From contig NZHP01000028.1 in NCBI GenBank assembly GCA_002691465.1, positions 5,263-69,262 on the forward strand: a DNA stretch of 64,000 nt. Direction: 5' to 3'. Positions 61,532 to 64,000 of this stretch are shown one piece after another; position 1 is the first letter of the stretch; every line of letters begins with the position of its first letter. The notes below the pieces were generated by a model. The model was not told the origin of the DNA. It searched no databases and saw only the letters and a list, made by a program, of their open reading frames with translations. Made by a program: the position numbers and the translations under genes. Source of the DNA: Gammaproteobacteria bacterium. GTDB lineage: Bacteria > Pseudomonadota > Gammaproteobacteria > Steroidobacterales > UBA11654.

Positions 61532-62368
61532 TTAGCTACCAATGGCGTTTTCAATGAGTTCGAGAAATTCATTCTCATTGTCGATATTGCTCACATCGCT
61601 TGCACTGACGGTGTATCCATATTCTGAAGCAATTTTTTCATATTTATTCTTTCGATAATCAAGCAGTTTTGGAAAAATCCATCGAACGAAATCATCAGGA
61701 TCCATAATATTTTGCTCAACATTTTTTTCGTCAGTGTAAATTTTTAAATGCTCATTAAGAAAATCTTCCGTATAGAACATTGGCTTTGGATTTTTTATTG
61801 CTCTTTTGATTAATTCATCTCTTATTGATGAATCTGCTTCAATGTATAGGATTAATGTATTCTCAACCAGAGCATCCATCGATTCTGTGCCATAAAGCTC
61901 ACAAATGCTTCCACCTGCATCATTGATGAAATGATCGTAATTATAAATTCTTTGAGATTTTTCTATAAAATCAGGCACATCCTTCATAGCCTTCATCTCT
62001 GCATCCATGTGCAGTTGTTGTCTCTTTATAAACTCATCAATGCTTAAACCGCCTTTGCTCCGATCTCCTATTTTTCCCAAAAACGATGAGATAGGCATCA
62101 GGTTATCCACGGTAATATTGCTGGAAATATATATGGAGTCTGATTTTAAGAGTTCGGCAAGGAAAGGCACATCCATTGCTTTCTCCTTGATGTTATCCAA
62201 TATAGGTTCTTCTAGATATTTTGTTCCAATTCGATAATCTCCAGAATAGTGAAACCATTTTGATTTGGGTAATTTATTGGCAAGTGTTGTCTTGCCTACG
62301 CCCGACATACCCAATAGCGTGATCGACTTATGTTTCCAATCATTAAAATCTTTTTTGCTCAGTTTCAT
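61532..62368 (-). CDS. Conserved P-loop ATPase/kinase-like protein of unknown function
   Basis: Walker A GMSGVGKT, WFHYSGDYRIGT and NDAGGS.CE motifs. Confidence 0.75.
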   Translation of the reverse strand: MKLSKKDFNDWKHKSITLLGMSGVGKTTLANKLPKSKWFHYSGDYRIGTKYLEEPILDNIKEKAMDVPFLAELLKSDSIYISSNITVDNLMPISSFLGKIGDRSKGGLSIDEFIKRQQLHMDAEMKAMKDVPDFIEKSQRIYNYDHFINDAGGSICELYGTESMDALVENTLILYIEADSSIRDELIKRAIKNPKPMFYTEDFLNEHLKIYTDEKNVEQNIMDPDDFVRWIFPKLLDYRKNKYEKIASEYGYTVSASDVSNIDNENEFLELIENAIGS

Positions 62369-62497
62369 AGTTTTCTTAATTTCAGATACTAGATGAGAAT
62401 TTGTTTCATCAAACCCATTGATAATTATGATAATTTATCGGAAAAGGTTATCATGGGCGACTTTTTATAACAGTAAAAATCTTCAGGAAAATTTGGG

Positions 62498-64000
62498 ATG
62501 AGTCAAAAAGACTGGGAAGTATATAAATTTGGTGGCACAAGCATGAAGAATGCTGATGCACTCAAACAAGTGGGCAACCTGATCATGAATAGTGATTCAG
62601 ACAATCTCATAGTAGTTGTTTCTGCAATGAGTGGAATGACAGATGACCTTTTGAGCTTCTCACAAACAAAAGACGAAAAGTTGCTTGAAGCAATTGAATC
62701 TCGTTACATAGAGACGGTTGGAACTTTACTAAAAGATTCTGCAGAGGAACACAGGCTCATTGAGGAATTCAGGCAAGACATTGAAAAAATAAAGGATCTA
62801 GCAGAGCAAAAGGATCACAACTCCATGAATGTCGAAGAGAATGAAATTTTAGGTTTTGGTGAGATTTGGTCATCAAAGATTCTTTACCATTATTTGGCAT
62901 CACTGAGTGAAATCAAAAGCTCGTGGATAAATCCCATGGAATTTTTGGTCATTCGCAATCAGGAGATGGGCGCCAATGTCAATTGGTCCAAATCAAAAGA
63001 AGCTTTCAATCAAAGCTTTCAGGACATGGAAGGAAAAATAATAATGGGCGGTTTTATTGCATCTGATGAGGAAGGCAGACCAACAAATCTTGGGCGTAAC
63101 GGTAGTGATTATTCTGCGTCCATTCTTGGATCATTATCTGAATCCAATTCAGTGACCATCTGGACTGATGTCGATGGTGTTTTGACAGGTGATCCTAGAG
63201 TGGTCTCTAAGGCAAGAATCATTGAGCAAATGACATATGACGAAGCTGTCGAGTTGTCTTATTTCGGTGCCGAAGTGATACATCCAAAAACGATGGCTCC
63301 TTTGATGCATAAAGGAACGCATCTTTACATCAAAAATACATTCAATCCAGAATCTGCTGGAACTTGCATCTCTTCCAAACAAAAGAATATTCGTGCCGTA
63401 AAAGGAATAACTACAATCAAAGGAATAGCACTTATCAATATAGAAGGAACAGGAATGATTGGGGTCCCAGGCATTGTTAACCGTTTGGGAAGTGTTCTTC
63501 AAATGGCAAATATATCAATTGTTTTAATCTCGCAAGCAGGTTCAGAGCATAGCATTTGTTTTGCTGTTCGTTCGAAAGATATTAAAAAAGCAGCAGATGT
63601 CATTAAACAAGAGTTTGAAAATGATTTTAAGAATAAAAATCTAAACGCACTTCAGGTTGAAGAAGATTGCAGCATTCTCGCCATTGTCGGTTCCGGAATG
63701 ACTGGAACCAAAGGGATTGCGGCTAAGTTTTTCAATGCAATTTCATTGTCTCAAACAAATGTCATTGCAATTGCTCAGGGCTCATCAGAGAAAAACATTT
63801 CAGTAGTCATCAAGAGTGAGCAAATGAATCGGGCCACATCTTTCGTTCATGATGCATTTTTTAATCCAAGCAAGCAGATTGCAATCGGAATCTTAGGATA
63901 TGGATCAATTGGTCAAGAACTCCATAAACAGATCTTAAATGAAAGCTATACGCTTCAAGAGAAAGAGAATATATCTTTGGAGGTCATTGGATTAAGCAAT
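62498..64000 (+). CDS. thrA: Bifunctional aspartokinase/homoserine dehydrogenase (3'-truncated by window; absent from ORF track)
   Basis: Translated by hand: MSQKDWEVYKFGGTS, VVSAM, LGRNGSDYSA, WTDVDG, two ACT domains (SQAGSEHSI, AQGSSEKNIS), then HSDH start ILGYGSIG. Confidence 0.9.
   Translation, partial: MSQKDWEVYKFGGTSMKNADALKQVGNLIMNSDSDNLIVVVSAMSGMTDDLLSFSQTKDEKLLEAIESRYIETVGTLLKDSAEEHRLIEEFRQDIEKIKDLAEQKDHNSMNVEENEILGFGEIWSSKILYHYLASLSEIKSSWINPMEFLVIRNQEMGANVNWSKSKEAFNQSFQDMEGKIIMGGFIASDEEGRPTNLGRNGSDYSASILGSLSESNSVTIWTDVDGVLTGDPRVVSKARIIEQMTYDEAVELSYFGAEVIHPKTMAPLMHKGTHLYIKNTFNPESAGTCISSKQKNIRAVKGITTIKGIALINIEGTGMIGVPGIVNRLGSVLQMANISIVLISQAGSEHSICFAVRSKDIKKAADVIKQEFENDFKNKNLNALQVEEDCSILAIVGSGMTGTKGIAAKFFNAISLSQTNVIAIAQGSSEKNISVVIKSEQMNRATSFVHDAFFNPSKQIAIGILGYGSIGQELHKQILNESYTLQEKENISLEVIGLSN

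Noticed and set aside
62419..62441. Fur-box-like TGATAATTATGATAATTTATC upstream of thrA (similar GATAAT words at 38280-38310)
   Set aside because: Imperfect match in AT-rich divergent promoter regions, flanking genes unrelated to iron, and equally explained as -10 elements.
1629..63502. Many short antisense or alternate-frame ORFs in the track (e.g. 1629-1997, 16233-16640, 39608-39877, 50047-50451, 63149-63502)
   Set aside because: They lie within well-supported genes and have no recognisable motifs; treated as shadow ORFs.
1..64000. CRISPR array, rRNA, riboswitch, IS element or prophage
   Set aside because: No regularly spaced repeats, no long non-coding stretch and no transposase or phage-like proteins seen by eye. 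A covariance-model search was not possible.

Overview
AT-rich, very densely packed bacterial chromosome segment with about 60 CDS and one tRNA-Lys(UUU). I saw no rRNA, CRISPR array, transposase or integrase. Core genes (valS-holC-pepA / lptF-lptG, purM-purN, hda, metG, proS, dcd, aceF-lpdA, grxD, cpoB, thrA-like) point to a gammaproteobacterium. Tiny or overlapping intergenic spaces, a trimmed ProRS and many oxidoreductases/hydrolases suggest a streamlined aquatic heterotroph (inference only). The most notable locus is 16.25-25.45 kb, an apparent operon closed by a bidirectional terminator. It encodes 2-aminoethylphosphonate synthesis (PepM-nucleotidyltransferase fusion, Ppd, AEP transaminase), a cytidylyltransferase, a small 'YLDP' membrane peptide, a TagF-like transferase, a YejM/LapC-like protein and a YidC paralog, and probably installs phosphonates on the cell envelope. 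Directly upstream is a UbiD-family protein lacking both canonical catalytic glutamates, with ubiX nearby. Other oddities: a probable ATC start for aceF, a missing canonical start for the YejM-like gene, split MetRS, ProRS without its editing domain, cpoB detached from tol-pal, a Wzi-like protein with a C-terminal tail, and an NAD(P)-binding protein with a signal-like N-terminus plus C-terminal anchor. All calls come from motif and family recognition by eye; no searches were run.
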